Assembly (NCBI GenBank): GCA_965228735.1
Contig: OZ245838.1
Coordinates: 5,632,001 to 5,696,000, forward strand
Length of the DNA: 64,000 bases
Reading direction: 5' to 3'
Source of the DNA: Planctomycetota bacterium
Lineage (GTDB): Bacteria > Planctomycetota > UBA1135 > UBA2386
The notes beneath the pieces were generated by a model. It saw only the letters and a list, made by a program, of their open reading frames with translations. It was not told the DNA's origin and ran no database searches. Positions 27,822 through 38,493 of this stretch are shown here, one piece after another. The position numbers and the translations under genes are program-made. Numbering within the stretch: position 1 is the stretch's first letter; every line of letters begins with the position of its first letter.

Positions 27822-28253
27822 TCAGCGCGGTTGGCGCGGCTCGCCGTTGACCGTGACCTCTCGCCCTGGGCCCGCGCCGACCATGACTTCGTCCCCAGGT
27901 GCAACCGGGCCGTGGTCGCGGCCGCCGACCCACATGGGCCGGGTCGTGAGTTCGCCCGTCGTCACCGCCGGGCCGAGGTGCACGACGACCTCGCCGAACG
28001 TGAGGGCGGCGTCGAAGCGGATCTCCCGACCGTCGAGCGTCGTCGTGCCGCTCGTCGAGAAGCTCGACCCGCCTTCGCCGGTCGCTTCGACGGTGAACGC
28101 GATGTCCCAGACCTTGGCCGTCCCGTGACCGTCCGTGACGTTGATGACGCCCTCGGGCGTCATGCTCGCCGCATCGCGCCCCCCGCAGGCGGCGAGGCCG
28201 GCGGCCAGCGTGAACGAAATCGCTAGCAGGAACGGGGTCGGGCGCGCGCGCAT
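27822..28253 (-). CDS. Small lipoprotein
   Basis: Lipobox GLAA-C-GG. Confidence 0.75.
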   Translation of the reverse strand: MRARPTPFLLAISFTLAAGLAACGGRDAASMTPEGVINVTDGHGTAKVWDIAFTVEATGEGGSSFSTSGTTTLDGREIRFDAALTFGEVVVHLGPAVTTGELTTRPMWVGGRDHGPVAPGDEVMVGAGPGREVTVNGEPRQPR

Positions 28254-28329
28254 GACCCCCGGTGTAGCCGGTGAGTCATCGCGCGCAAGGCGCGGCTTCT
28301 GCCGCTCGGTCCGGTTCAGGTACCCGAAC

Positions 28330-30273
28330 TCAGCGGCGGAACAGGCCGCCCGTCGTGCCGACGAACACGCTCGAGTTCTGGATCATCACGGACCAGGCCT
28401 CGACCGGTTCGAGGCCGGTGTTGAACTGCACCCAGGTGTCGCCCTGGTTCTCGCTGATGTAGACGCCCGGGAACCGCCCGTCGTCACTGTCGCCGGGGCT
28501 GACCGCGTAGATGACGTTGCTGTTGCTCGGCATCACCGCGATGTCCGCGATCGTGTCCGCGTTCATGCCGCTGTTGCGGCGGCGCCAGTCCGCGCCGCCG
28601 TCGAGCGACCGGTAGACGCTGTCGTTGACCGTGCCGACGTAGAGCGTGTCCGGCGCGTTGGGGTCGATCGCGATGCAGTTGAGCACCGGGTCGTCGAGGT
28701 CGTTGTTCGCGCCGGCCCAGTTGGCGCCGCCGTCGGTGCTCTTGAAGACGCCGCCGCGGGTCGCGAGGTAGACGATGCTGGTCGTCGTCGGGTGGATCGC
28801 GATGTCGTAGACCTGCAGGTTGATGAGGCCCGTGTTGCTCGCGGCCCAGTTGTTGCCGCCGTCCGTGCTGAGGAACAGGCCGCCACCGTCCGTGCCGGCG
28901 AAGACCGTGAGCGGGTTGGCGGAGTCGATCGCGACCGCGCGCACGTCGAGGTCGGTCAGGCCCGTGTTGACCGCGGTCCACGTGCCGCCCTCGTCCTGCG
29001 TGCGGAAGACGCCGCCGCCGAGCGCGCCGACGTAGACGGTCACGGTGTCGGTGCTGACGGCCACCGACGTGAGTTCGAAGTCGGTCACGCCATTGCTGCG
29101 CAGCGTCCAGTTCGCGCCGCTGTCCGTGCTGAGGTGCGGGCCGTTCTGCGTCGCGACCCAGTGGCGTGACGGGAAGTTCGGCGCGAACGCCATGGCCCGG
29201 ATCGAGCCGCCGGTCAGGCCGGTGCAGCTCACGGCCCAGGTCGCCGCGTCGTCCGTGGACGCGAACACGCCGCTGCCGTCCGTGCCCGCGACGAGCCGCG
29301 TCGGGTCGGCGCGGTTGATGATGAGCGCCTCGACGTCGTCGAACAACAGGCCGGTCGAGACGGCGGTCCAGTTCGTCGCGCCGTCGAGCGTGCGGTAGAT
29401 GCCGCTGCCGTTCGTCGTCGCGTAGACCGTCGTCGTCGTCGAGTGGTGGACGCGCAGGGCCTGGATGCCGACGTTCGGCACGCCGGTGCTCGACGACGTC
29501 CACGACGTTCCCGAATTGGTCGTCTTGAAGATGCCGCCCGTGTTGGTGCCGGCGTAGGCCGTCGTCGGATCGAACGGATCGACCGCGAGGGCCTCGCAGT
29601 TGGACGGGCCGGTGCCCGTCGCGGTCCAGCTGTCGGCGCCGTCCGTGGACACGAACACGCCGTCGGGCGTGCCCGCGTAGACGACGCTCGTGTTCGACTC
29701 GGCGAGCGCGATGGCGTAGACGTTCTGGTTGGTCAAACCGGAGACCTCGCGCGACCAAGTGCCGCCGTTGTCCGTCGACTTGTAGACACCGCGGCCGATC
29801 GTGCCGGCGTAGAGCGTCGTCGGGGTCGTCCGATCGACCACGAGCGCGCGGACGTCGGTGTCCGACAGGCCGAAGTTCGCCTCGGTCCACGTCACGCCGC
29901 CGTCGGTGCTGCGGTAGACGCCGCCGCGCAGCAGACCCGCGAACACCGTCGTTGGCGTCGTCGGGTTGACCGCGATCGCGGTAACGCGCGCGGTGCCGCC
30001 GAGCGGGTCGACGACCGCGTCGGGCAGGCCGGTGCCCGTCGCCGCCCACGTTGCGCCGAAGTCCGTGCTGCGGAACACGCCGCGCGCGGCCGTGCCGGCG
30101 TACAGGGTCGTGCCCGACTCGCCGCCGAGGCTGACGACCTCGCCGCCATCCATGCCGGTGTTGGTGGCCTGGAACTCACCGGCGCCGGCGACCCCGCCGC
30201 CGCCACCGCCACCGCATGCGGCGAAGAAGAACGTGGAGAGGACGAGGGTCGGGCGAGTGATGTTCGGCGTCAT
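28330..30273 (-). CDS. Lipoprotein with many BNR (Vps10/sortilin-like) repeats
   Basis: FFFAA-C-GGGGGGG; about 14 repeats of AGT..GG(V/I)(F/Y).STDGG..W.....GL. Confidence 0.9.
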   Translation of the reverse strand: MTPNITRPTLVLSTFFFAACGGGGGGGVAGAGEFQATNTGMDGGEVVSLGGESGTTLYAGTAARGVFRSTDFGATWAATGTGLPDAVVDPLGGTARVTAIAVNPTTPTTVFAGLLRGGVYRSTDGGVTWTEANFGLSDTDVRALVVDRTTPTTLYAGTIGRGVYKSTDNGGTWSREVSGLTNQNVYAIALAESNTSVVYAGTPDGVFVSTDGADSWTATGTGPSNCEALAVDPFDPTTAYAGTNTGGIFKTTNSGTSWTSSSTGVPNVGIQALRVHHSTTTTVYATTNGSGIYRTLDGATNWTAVSTGLLFDDVEALIINRADPTRLVAGTDGSGVFASTDDAATWAVSCTGLTGGSIRAMAFAPNFPSRHWVATQNGPHLSTDSGANWTLRSNGVTDFELTSVAVSTDTVTVYVGALGGGVFRTQDEGGTWTAVNTGLTDLDVRAVAIDSANPLTVFAGTDGGGLFLSTDGGNNWAASNTGLINLQVYDIAIHPTTTSIVYLATRGGVFKSTDGGANWAGANNDLDDPVLNCIAIDPNAPDTLYVGTVNDSVYRSLDGGADWRRRNSGMNADTIADIAVMPSNSNVIYAVSPGDSDDGRFPGVYISENQGDTWVQFNTGLEPVEAWSVMIQNSSVFVGTTGGLFRR

Positions 30274-30517
30274 GATGATCGCGTCTCTTGCAGCAGGCTC
30301 GGATTCAGCGAAGACGTCGCTTCTGTCGCTGGCAGCGCTATCGGTCGCGGTCACCCGTGTTCTTGCGTGATTGCCCGCATCGCGGTGTCTCGATCCGAGC
30401 CATGTCTCGGGCCGGAGCGGCCGAGTTGCGCGTTCTGCACCCCGATCGCGGCCGCTGCCTGCCGATGGCAGCGGGCGTTCAAGTCCCGCCGGCACTGTGG
30501 TCGATGTCGACACTGCG

Positions 30518-31456
30518 ATGATCGAACCCCCGAATCTCACCGTGCTGCTCCGCGAGGGCGCGGAGGCGCTCGCGAGCGGCGACTTCCAGACCGCCGAAGC
30601 GATCGCACGGCGCGGGCTCGAGCACAACCTCGAGAACGAGGGTGCGCTGGATCTCCTGCTCGCCGTGCTCGAGCGCACGGATCGTCTGCCCGAGGCCTAC
30701 GTCATCCAGCGGCAGGTGCTCGCGCACTTCCGGGCGCTGCGGCTGCAGAACACGATCGGTTTCGGACTGGTGCTGCTGGACGAGCTCGGCTTCCGTCCGC
30801 GTGGCCTGATCGACGTCGGCGCCTACACGGGTGAGTTCACGCTGCTCGCCCGCCAGTTCTGGCCGGACGCGAGTGTCGTGATGATCGAGCCGCAGGCTGC
30901 CCGCCGCGAACATCTCGAGGAGATCAGCAACGAGCTCGGCGGTGACGTTCATGTGTTCTCGACCCTCGTTGGCGACCGCGAGCGCCCCGAGGTCGCGTTC
31001 CATCAGCTGTCGACGCCGTTCGGTTCGACCGGCTCGTCGCTCTACCCCGAGACGAGCGACTACGATCGCGAGGTCGTGAGTCTGCCGATGACGACCGTCG
31101 ACGCCCTCATCGAGCAGCATCCGGGACGCCGCTTCGACCTCCTCAAGGTCGATGTGCAGGGCGCCGAGCTCGACGTGCTACGCGGCGCGGGCGTCTGCCT
31201 CGGCAACGTCGAGGTCGTGTTCGCCGAGGTCGCCCTGCACGAGTGCAACGCAGGCGCTCCGCGGCTCGCCGAGCTCGTGCGTGCGCTCGACGACTGGGGT
31301 TTCCAGGCGTTCGATCTGCTGCAGATGGGGCGCGACGAGCTGCAGGTGCAGCGCCAGGTCGACGCGATCTTCGTGCACCGCGACTCGCCGCTGTGGCAGC
31401 GCGTCGGGCGGCAGGTGCGGCGATCCGCTGTTGCTACCCCGGCAGCTGCAGACTGA
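30518..31456 (+). CDS. FkbM-family methyltransferase with N-terminal TPR-like helices
   Basis: IDVGAYTGEF, TGSSLY, LLKVDVQGAELDVLRGA, QVDAIFV. Confidence 0.9.
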   Translation: MIEPPNLTVLLREGAEALASGDFQTAEAIARRGLEHNLENEGALDLLLAVLERTDRLPEAYVIQRQVLAHFRALRLQNTIGFGLVLLDELGFRPRGLIDVGAYTGEFTLLARQFWPDASVVMIEPQAARREHLEEISNELGGDVHVFSTLVGDRERPEVAFHQLSTPFGSTGSSLYPETSDYDREVVSLPMTTVDALIEQHPGRRFDLLKVDVQGAELDVLRGAGVCLGNVEVVFAEVALHECNAGAPRLAELVRALDDWGFQAFDLLQMGRDELQVQRQVDAIFVHRDSPLWQRVGRQVRRSAVATPAAAD

Positions 31457-33998
31457 TCTCACCGGTCACGGCACCCGCGGGCAGATCGACGTCTTCGAAC
31501 ACGTGTGGCTCGGGGTTCGCACTGCTTCGCACCTCGACGCGGAACGGTCGCAGCGGTGCGGGAAAGACCTCGACGCGGCCGTCACCGTCCGTCTCGAGTC
31601 CGCCGGGCAGGTGATACCCCGGTCGCTTGATCGTCACGGTGTGACCGACGACGGGCTGCCCGTCGGCCGTCGTGAAGCGAATGCGCGCGCGCCGCAGCGG
31701 GAGGTCGAAGTCCTGCTCGCGCGATTCGCCGGGCGCGAGCGTCCAGGTTTCCTCCGGCTGGAACACCACCCACCCCGGGCCCGGTTGGGCGGGGTAGGTG
31801 ACCGTGAACCCGTATTCGCCGGGCGGGACGAGGCCGCGATATCGCCCCTCGGAGTCGGTCGCGACGCGCAGGCTGCGCAACGATCGCCCGCCGCTGCGCC
31901 CGCCGACCGTCCGCAAGAAGCAGTGCACGTCGGCGAGCGGTGCGCCGCCGGCGATCACGCGGCCGAACGTCGTCGCCGGCAGCAGCGGCGCGAGGTCGAT
32001 CTCCAGTTCCCGCAGTTCGCCGCCGGCGAGATCGACGGTCGCGACTGGCAGCGTGACCGAGCCGGAACGCACGGGGCTCGTCGTCAACCAATAGCGCACC
32101 ACGACGTCGTGGCGACCCGCCGTGAGCCCGCCGACCGTGGCATGCCCGATCTCGTCGACCGCCGCGGCTGGCGGGGCATCGCCTGCGTTCGGGGTGACGA
32201 CGATCGCGAGCGGCTCCTCGCCGCCTTCGCCGAGTGTGCGTAACTGCGCGAGGGCCTTGGCCGGCCCGAGCGTGGCTCGGATCCGCGCCGCGGCGACGAC
32301 GGCGAGCCGCGCGGTCGTCGCGGGCGCGAACACCTCGACGGGTTCGAGCAGCGGGACATGCGCGGGTGACGTGGCGCGCACGACGTAGCGGCCAGGCGGC
32401 AGCGAGAGCACGGCCTCGCCGGCCTCGTCCGTGGTCGCCGCGCCGAACGCGACGTGGCCCGGTGTGCCGCGACCGCGGTCGATGCCGTCCAGCGGCTGGA
32501 CCCGCGTCGTCGGTTCGAGGTCGGAGCCGCCGAAGCGCTGGATGATCTCGACCTCGCTGCCCGCCACGGGCTTGCCGGATCCGGTCGCGAGCGCGACGGT
32601 CAGCGCAGCCGCGGCAGGCAACGTGACGAGCACCTCGCTCGTCGGCACGCCCGCCTCGACGACGAACGGCACGAGCCCGGACGGGGGCAACGCCGGGTCG
32701 CGCGGGACCACGAGAACCGAGTTCTTGCCGGGATCGAGGCCGTCGAGTTCGACGACGCCGCCATCGTGCCGACCCCGTCGTGTCAGGCTCGCGTACCGTG
32801 ACAGTCCGCCGCCGTCGAGCACGCCGTGGCCGCGGAACAGGAACAGCGCGAACGTCTCGACGGGCGCGCCGGCCCGGTCGACGACGCGCACCGTGCAGCC
32901 CTGGCGCCGCTGCATCACGACCTCGACGCCGGCCGTGCCCCACGCGATCCGCGTGTCCGTCGCCGGGGCGATCCGGCGATGCATGCCGTCCTTGCTCGAG
33001 GTGCTCAGCAGCGTTCCCGACTTGCCGCGGTGCGGGATCGGCCCCGCGCGCGGGATCGCGAAGCGGCCATCGGGACCGCTGCGCGTGCGTCCCATGAAAC
33101 CGTCGCCGGACGCCGACAGACTCACGTCGGCCATCGGCCGGTTGGCCTCGTCGACCACGATGCCGGTGATCGAGAACTGCGGGTCGGGCCGCTCGACGAC
33201 GATGCGGAGTCGATACTCGGGGAGGTCGGGGTCGAGCTTGACGGAACGCGGCTCGACGAGCGCACCCGTGCCCTCCGTGCCGACGTACCACTCACCGGCG
33301 AACGCGGGTTCTGCGAACGTGAAGCGACCGTTCGCATCACTCCTGGCTCGCAACATGTGCTCCGCGTTCAGCGGGATCTTGTTGCCGAGCTCGATGTAGA
33401 CGAACATCACCTGCGCGGCCGGCACGGGCACGTTCTCATCGTCGACGAGGATACCGCGCACCGGGATCGCCCGTTGCAGCGGGATGTCACCGAGATCGAT
33501 GCGGCTGCCGGGCTCGGGCCGCGGGAACGTGCCGCTGCGGGTGACACAGCCGTCGGCCGCGGCCTGCACCGCCAGCGTGTCGAGCCACGCGTCGAAGCCG
33601 GTCTCGAGCTCGAACGTGCCGTCCGTCGTCGTCGAGATCTCGGCGAGCGGTTCGGTGCCGCTCTCGTCGCCGTCATCGGAGGCCCGTCGCACGGTGACCG
33701 TCGCGCCGCTGATCGGGGTGTCGCCCGGGCTTCGGATCACGCGACCGAAGAACGTCACGCGGTCGGGGTCGGCGGCGTCCGGCGCGCTCGTCGCGACGTT
33801 CGCCGCGGTGCGCGTGGGTTGCCCCGCGACGTCCGATTCCGGCATGCGCGCCACCGCGGTGCCCCCGTCGGTGTTCGCCGCGGCGGTCGGGCTCCCGTTC
33901 TCGCTCGGCAGAGCGCTCTCGCCGCGGGTGAGCAGCCAGATCCCGACTGCCGTCAGCAGCAGGAGCGGAACGAGGACGGTGGCTGGATGGCGCGGCAT
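31434..33998 (-). CDS. Membrane-anchored carboxypeptidase-regulatory-like repeat protein
   Basis: N-terminal TM (VLVPLLLLTAVGIWLL), Ala/Pro linker, repeated G..VD....P......V...(T/S)D..G.F. Confidence 0.85.
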   Translation of the reverse strand: MPRHPATVLVPLLLLTAVGIWLLTRGESALPSENGSPTAAANTDGGTAVARMPESDVAGQPTRTAANVATSAPDAADPDRVTFFGRVIRSPGDTPISGATVTVRRASDDGDESGTEPLAEISTTTDGTFELETGFDAWLDTLAVQAAADGCVTRSGTFPRPEPGSRIDLGDIPLQRAIPVRGILVDDENVPVPAAQVMFVYIELGNKIPLNAEHMLRARSDANGRFTFAEPAFAGEWYVGTEGTGALVEPRSVKLDPDLPEYRLRIVVERPDPQFSITGIVVDEANRPMADVSLSASGDGFMGRTRSGPDGRFAIPRAGPIPHRGKSGTLLSTSSKDGMHRRIAPATDTRIAWGTAGVEVVMQRRQGCTVRVVDRAGAPVETFALFLFRGHGVLDGGGLSRYASLTRRGRHDGGVVELDGLDPGKNSVLVVPRDPALPPSGLVPFVVEAGVPTSEVLVTLPAAAALTVALATGSGKPVAGSEVEIIQRFGGSDLEPTTRVQPLDGIDRGRGTPGHVAFGAATTDEAGEAVLSLPPGRYVVRATSPAHVPLLEPVEVFAPATTARLAVVAAARIRATLGPAKALAQLRTLGEGGEEPLAIVVTPNAGDAPPAAAVDEIGHATVGGLTAGRHDVVVRYWLTTSPVRSGSVTLPVATVDLAGGELRELEIDLAPLLPATTFGRVIAGGAPLADVHCFLRTVGGRSGGRSLRSLRVATDSEGRYRGLVPPGEYGFTVTYPAQPGPGWVVFQPEETWTLAPGESREQDFDLPLRRARIRFTTADGQPVVGHTVTIKRPGYHLPGGLETDGDGRVEVFPAPLRPFRVEVRSSANPEPHVFEDVDLPAGAVTGEISLQLPG

Positions 33999-34059
33999 GG
34001 CAGACGCTCGGTCGGACTGTGGGGGCGACCATACGACGGCGGCGCTACGCTCGTTGGTC

Positions 34060-34779
34060 ATGTTTCGGCAACTGGACTCCGCGCGCGTCATCGAGACCGT
34101 CGAGCGTCTCCGCGACCGCATTCGGGAACGATTCCCGGACGCCAACCTCGGCCGCGTCGCCGACGATCTCGTCGGGTTGGCGCGCGCGCACGCCGAACGC
34201 TGCGCGGCGATCGCGCGGCCGGACGTGGCGCTGCGCTGCGTCTCCGTCGTGCTGCTGCTCGCCGGTGCCGGCGCGATCGCGCTGCTGTTCGGGACGCTGC
34301 GCATGCGCGTCGATGACAGCTGGACGCTGATCGATACCGTGCAGACGCTCGACTCCGGACTGTCGATGCTGTTCTTCCTCGGTGCCGGGACCGTGTTCGC
34401 GATGAGTCTCGAACTGCGCCGCAAGCGGCAGCGTTGCCTCGAGGCGCTGCACGAGGTGCGCGCCATGGCGCACATCGTCGACATGCACCAGCTCACCAAG
34501 GACCCGGATCGGCTCATGCGATCCGGCGCCGACACCCCGGCGTCGCCGAGTCGAACGCTCACGCGTTTCGAGCTCAGCCGCTATCTCGACTACTGCTCCG
34601 AGATGCTCGCGCTCATGGGCAAGGTCGCCGCGCTCTACGGCCAGTCGTTCCCGGATCCCGTCGCGCGCCAGGCCGTCGACGAGGTCGAAGAACTCACGAC
34701 GGCGCTCGCGCGCAAGGTGTGGCAGAAGATCATGATCCTCGGCGAGGTCGAGTCGGGTGTGCAGGCGGAAGAGGCGTGA
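34060..34779 (+). CDS. Hypothetical two-TM protein
   Basis: Coding-like ORF with two hydrophobic segments and motifs AHIVDMHQLTKDP, RYLDYCSEML, KVWQKIMIL. Confidence 0.85.
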   Translation: MFRQLDSARVIETVERLRDRIRERFPDANLGRVADDLVGLARAHAERCAAIARPDVALRCVSVVLLLAGAGAIALLFGTLRMRVDDSWTLIDTVQTLDSGLSMLFFLGAGTVFAMSLELRRKRQRCLEALHEVRAMAHIVDMHQLTKDPDRLMRSGADTPASPSRTLTRFELSRYLDYCSEMLALMGKVAALYGQSFPDPVARQAVDEVEELTTALARKVWQKIMILGEVESGVQAEEA

Positions 34780-34872
34780 TGCGGTCGGTCTTGCACTTCA
34801 GATCGGCAACACGCTGACCGAGCTCGCGGAGTTGCACGGCCGCCGCGCGCTGCACATCGGCACGCTGTCGCC

Positions 34873-35373
34873 CTACGGCCCGATCGTCACCACCGCGGCG
34901 TCGGAGGTGATGAACGCGCTGAGGCCGCAGCCGGCGATGCCGCACTGCGTGTGCGCCGTGACCCATTGCGCGAGGAACTGCACGCCGACGAGGTTGGCGT
35001 TGGCCGGGATCGCGATCGGATGACCGTTCTCGTAGCGCGGCAGCGAGCTGTGCTGCGGCATCGGGATCACGGTCGTCGGCGTCATGTAGCCGAGACAACC
35101 CGCGGGCTGGTAGATCAACAGGCCGGCGGGGATCACGGTGATCACCTGCTGGAAGCCGAGCACGAGGTGCGGCTGCGCGATCTGCTGCGCCGAGTTGTAG
35201 GTGTGGTTGGATCCCGAATAGGTGATCGAGAACGTCTGACCGATCCGCGGCAGGCCGACGTTGCCGATCGCTGGCGTCTGGTTCTGCAGCGTGCAGCCAG
35301 TGCCGAACGTCGAGAACGATGCCTGGCTCGGCAGGGCGACCGTCAGGAACAGTGCTGCGAGGATGCGGCGCAT
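34873..35373 (-). CDS. Secreted protein consisting only of signal peptide plus the shared C-terminal domain
   Basis: MRRILAALFLTVALPS-QASFSTFGTGC...TPAIGNVGLPRIG...PAGC...IPANANLVGVQFLAQWV...TSDAAVVTIGP. Confidence 0.85.
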   Translation of the reverse strand: MRRILAALFLTVALPSQASFSTFGTGCTLQNQTPAIGNVGLPRIGQTFSITYSGSNHTYNSAQQIAQPHLVLGFQQVITVIPAGLLIYQPAGCLGYMTPTTVIPMPQHSSLPRYENGHPIAIPANANLVGVQFLAQWVTAHTQCGIAGCGLSAFITSDAAVVTIGP

Positions 35374-35563
35374 GGTCGCCATTGGACGGCAAGGCGCGGG
35401 CGGCGTCGAGATTCCCGACGTTCACGGTGCGTCGTGGGTGCTGGTTGGCGATCCGCTCGGGTGGCGCGGAACCGCCCGTGGCAACGCCTGTTCACCGTTC
35501 TCGGCCGGGCTCGGCTCCAGTCCGTCGGGCGCGCGGTCGAAGAACCGTGGGGGATTTCCCTGT

Positions 35564-38065
35564 ATGCGAATCGGAGTCGGAGTCGTGGCCATCGGTCTGT
35601 CCGTGGTGCTCGCGGCGTGCTGGAACGGCACGCCTGGGCCCGGAGCGGACGTGGAGTATCCCGCCGTCGTGGCGGTCGAGTTCCCGGCAGCGCCCGCCGG
35701 TGACGTCGCGTTGCAGTTGACGCTCGTCGATCCGGACGAGCGTCCCGCCGACCTCCTCGTCGAGGTCTCGGCCGACGGTCGGACGTGGCGCAGTGCGCGA
35801 CTCGGCGCCGGGGCGGGAACGACGAACCTGCCGACGAGCACCGCGGGCACGGTGACGACGATCACCTGGGACTCGCTGGCCGACGTGGGCTTCCGCGATG
35901 CGCCTGATGCGCGGCTGCGCTTCACGGCGAGCACCGACGGCGTGGCAGGATCGGTGACGGAGACGGCCGTGCCGGCGCTCGCCAACCTGCGCGCGGCGGC
36001 GCTTCTGGTGCAGCACCCGATGATCCACTACGGGCCGTTCGACGCCGCGACGATCGAACTCGCCAAGCAGCACGACCTCGTCGTCATTCATCCGGCGTCG
36101 GGCGCGGTGCAGCCGCAGACGGTGCGCGAGATCCAGCTCGGCGTCGATCCGTTCGATCCGATCGACGACGTGCTCGTGCTCGCCTACATCTCGGTGGGCG
36201 AGGATCTGCGGACGGTCGGCATGACGGACGCGCAGATGCTCGCGGATCCGCGGTTCGTCGGTGACGCCAGCGGTCCGCGCATCGATCCGCGCGGTCCGAA
36301 CGCCGACGGCGGCCCGCTCGTCGGGATCGATCCGCTCGGCATCGTGACGAACGCCCCGGGCGGGCCACGCTTCGCGTCGTGGTACCTCGACGACAACTCG
36401 GTCGACAACAGTCCGAGCGACATCGGCGACGGTCTGCCGGATCGCAACGCGGGTTTCGGGGGCTGCTTCGTGAACGCGGGCGACCCAGCGTGGTTCGAGG
36501 CGCTCGACGCGATGACGATCGACGGCGTCGACGGGCAGGCCGGCATGAAGGAGCTGCTGACGCTCGACACGGGGCGCGGCTACGGCTGCGACGGCCTGTT
36601 CTTCGACACGTTCGACACCTGCGCGCCCAACTTCTACACGGACGGCAGCAGCTACAACCAGAGCGAGTTCGAGTGGACGGCGCCGGGGTTCGCGGCGTTC
36701 ACCGAACGGTGCAAGGCGCGCTACCCCGACAAGCTCGCGCTGCAGAACCGCGGGCTGTTCTTCTTCGATCCGCGATTGCCGCAGTACGCGGTGACGACGC
36801 GCGCGCACGTCGACCTCGTGCTCGTCGAGAGCTACCGCCTCGACTCCAACGCGCACGAAGGCTTCAACGCCTACTTCACGGCGGACAACAAGCACAACTA
36901 CGCGCCGAAGCTCATCGCCGAGGCGGGGCGACCCGACGGCTTCCGGATCCTCAGTCTCGGCTACGCCGAGGGGCCGGGGATCGATCACGGCACGCTGCTG
37001 GGCACGTCGACGAACGGCCTGGCGACGCTCGTCGAGGACGTCGCGGAGGCGCAGCTGATCGCGGGGTTCGCGCACTATCTCACGGACGCCGGCGTCGCGC
37101 TCGCCAATCGCTTCGCGATGGACCAGGTGACGGCCGACGAGAGCGCACCGATCTGGTCGAGCACCTACAACGACAACATCCAGCCGTGGCCGACGCCGCA
37201 CGGGGCGCCGACGCCGCGACCCGGGCTGCAGAGCGTGGTGGCCGGTGACGGCAGCGTCACGGTGCACTGGGACGTCGCGCAGGATCAGAGCGGCGCGAGC
37301 TACGCGCTCTACCTGCAGGACGGACCGTTCGACTTCCTCGCCGACCCGACGCTCGCGGGCGCGCGCCGCGTGGTGCTGACGCCCGAACTCGGCGACGGGT
37401 ACGTGAACGGGGTCGGCCCGACGGTCTACCCGTTCCAGGCCACGGTCGCCGGACTGCCGAACGGCGTGCAGCAGCATCTCTGTCTGCGTGCGTTCGACCC
37501 GCTCGGGCACGAGGAGGGCAACCGCGTGGTGCTGACCGCGACGCCGGAGAAGCCGCCGCAGATCACGATCGACGGCAGCTTCGCGGACTGGGCGGCGGTG
37601 CCCTTGCTGCTGACGGACGGCGACGACGTGCCGGACTCGGCCGGGCCGGATTGGCTCGAGGTCGCGATGCACCACGACAACGACAACGTCTACGTGCGCT
37701 TCACGTCGGCCAACTCGTTCAACCTCGACGGCTCGCCGACCTACGCCTACTCGCGGTCCCTGATCTTCTTCGATCTCGACGAGAATGCCGCCACGGGCTG
37801 GCCGATCGGTGGCATCGGCAGTGATGTCGTGCTCGCGGGAGACGTGCTCTACGCGCAGTCGAGCTCCAGCTTCAACACGGGCACGCTCGGGGCGGTCGCG
37901 GCGGCGCCGGTGCTCGCGGTCACCGAGTGCGAGATGGCGCTCCCGTGGACCATGCTCGATGCGGTCGTGCCGGGGGCGCGGAAGCTGCGCGTCGTCTGCG
38001 TCAACGACGAGGTGTTCGACTACGCGCCGGGCGCGGGCTACGTCGAGTACGACGCGCCGCGCTGA
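35564..38065 (+). CDS. Lipoprotein with GH114/PelA-like hydrolase domain, FN3-like and CBM9/DOMON-like domains
   Basis: Lipobox VLAA-C; LAYISVGED, DGLFFDTFD, QNRGLFF, VESY; VTVHW...YALY; ITIDGSFADW. Confidence 0.75.
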   Translation: MRIGVGVVAIGLSVVLAACWNGTPGPGADVEYPAVVAVEFPAAPAGDVALQLTLVDPDERPADLLVEVSADGRTWRSARLGAGAGTTNLPTSTAGTVTTITWDSLADVGFRDAPDARLRFTASTDGVAGSVTETAVPALANLRAAALLVQHPMIHYGPFDAATIELAKQHDLVVIHPASGAVQPQTVREIQLGVDPFDPIDDVLVLAYISVGEDLRTVGMTDAQMLADPRFVGDASGPRIDPRGPNADGGPLVGIDPLGIVTNAPGGPRFASWYLDDNSVDNSPSDIGDGLPDRNAGFGGCFVNAGDPAWFEALDAMTIDGVDGQAGMKELLTLDTGRGYGCDGLFFDTFDTCAPNFYTDGSSYNQSEFEWTAPGFAAFTERCKARYPDKLALQNRGLFFFDPRLPQYAVTTRAHVDLVLVESYRLDSNAHEGFNAYFTADNKHNYAPKLIAEAGRPDGFRILSLGYAEGPGIDHGTLLGTSTNGLATLVEDVAEAQLIAGFAHYLTDAGVALANRFAMDQVTADESAPIWSSTYNDNIQPWPTPHGAPTPRPGLQSVVAGDGSVTVHWDVAQDQSGASYALYLQDGPFDFLADPTLAGARRVVLTPELGDGYVNGVGPTVYPFQATVAGLPNGVQQHLCLRAFDPLGHEEGNRVVLTATPEKPPQITIDGSFADWAAVPLLLTDGDDVPDSAGPDWLEVAMHHDNDNVYVRFTSANSFNLDGSPTYAYSRSLIFFDLDENAATGWPIGGIGSDVVLAGDVLYAQSSSSFNTGTLGAVAAAPVLAVTECEMALPWTMLDAVVPGARKLRVVCVNDEVFDYAPGAGYVEYDAPR

Positions 38066-38084
38066 TCATGGTGCAGTAGGGGCT

Positions 38085-38360
38085 CTACCCGCGCTTCGTG
38101 ACTTCGAGCAGGTGGAAGCCGAACTGGGTTTTCACCGGGCCGTGCACCACGCCGATCTCGTCGTTGAAGACGACCTTGTCGAACTCGGGCACCATCTGAC
38201 CCTGGCCGAAGGTGCCGAGGTCGCCGCCGCGCTGGCCGGAAGGGCAGGAAGAATGCTGCTTGGCGAGATCGGCGAAGTCGGCGCCACCTTCGATCTGTTG
38301 TTTGAGATCGAGGCAGGCCTCTTCGGTGCTGACCAGAATGTGACGGGCACTTGCTTGCAT
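38085..38360 (-). CDS. ppiC: Parvulin peptidyl-prolyl isomerase
   Basis: [42 protein letters not shown]. Confidence 0.95.
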   Translation of the reverse strand: MQASARHILVSTEEACLDLKQQIEGGADFADLAKQHSSCPSGQRGGDLGTFGQGQMVPEFDKVVFNDEIGVVHGPVKTQFGFHLLEVTKRG

Positions 38361-38493
38361 GGCGCCAGACTGCGCACTTCGGCAGGCGGCGTCAACCGCA
38401 AGTTTGCGCCGCGCCGAGGGTCGGAAGGCACGGTTTTTGGACCGGACTTCGCGCGTCCGCGCTACACCAGGGTAGGTGGTTTCCGACGACGAG

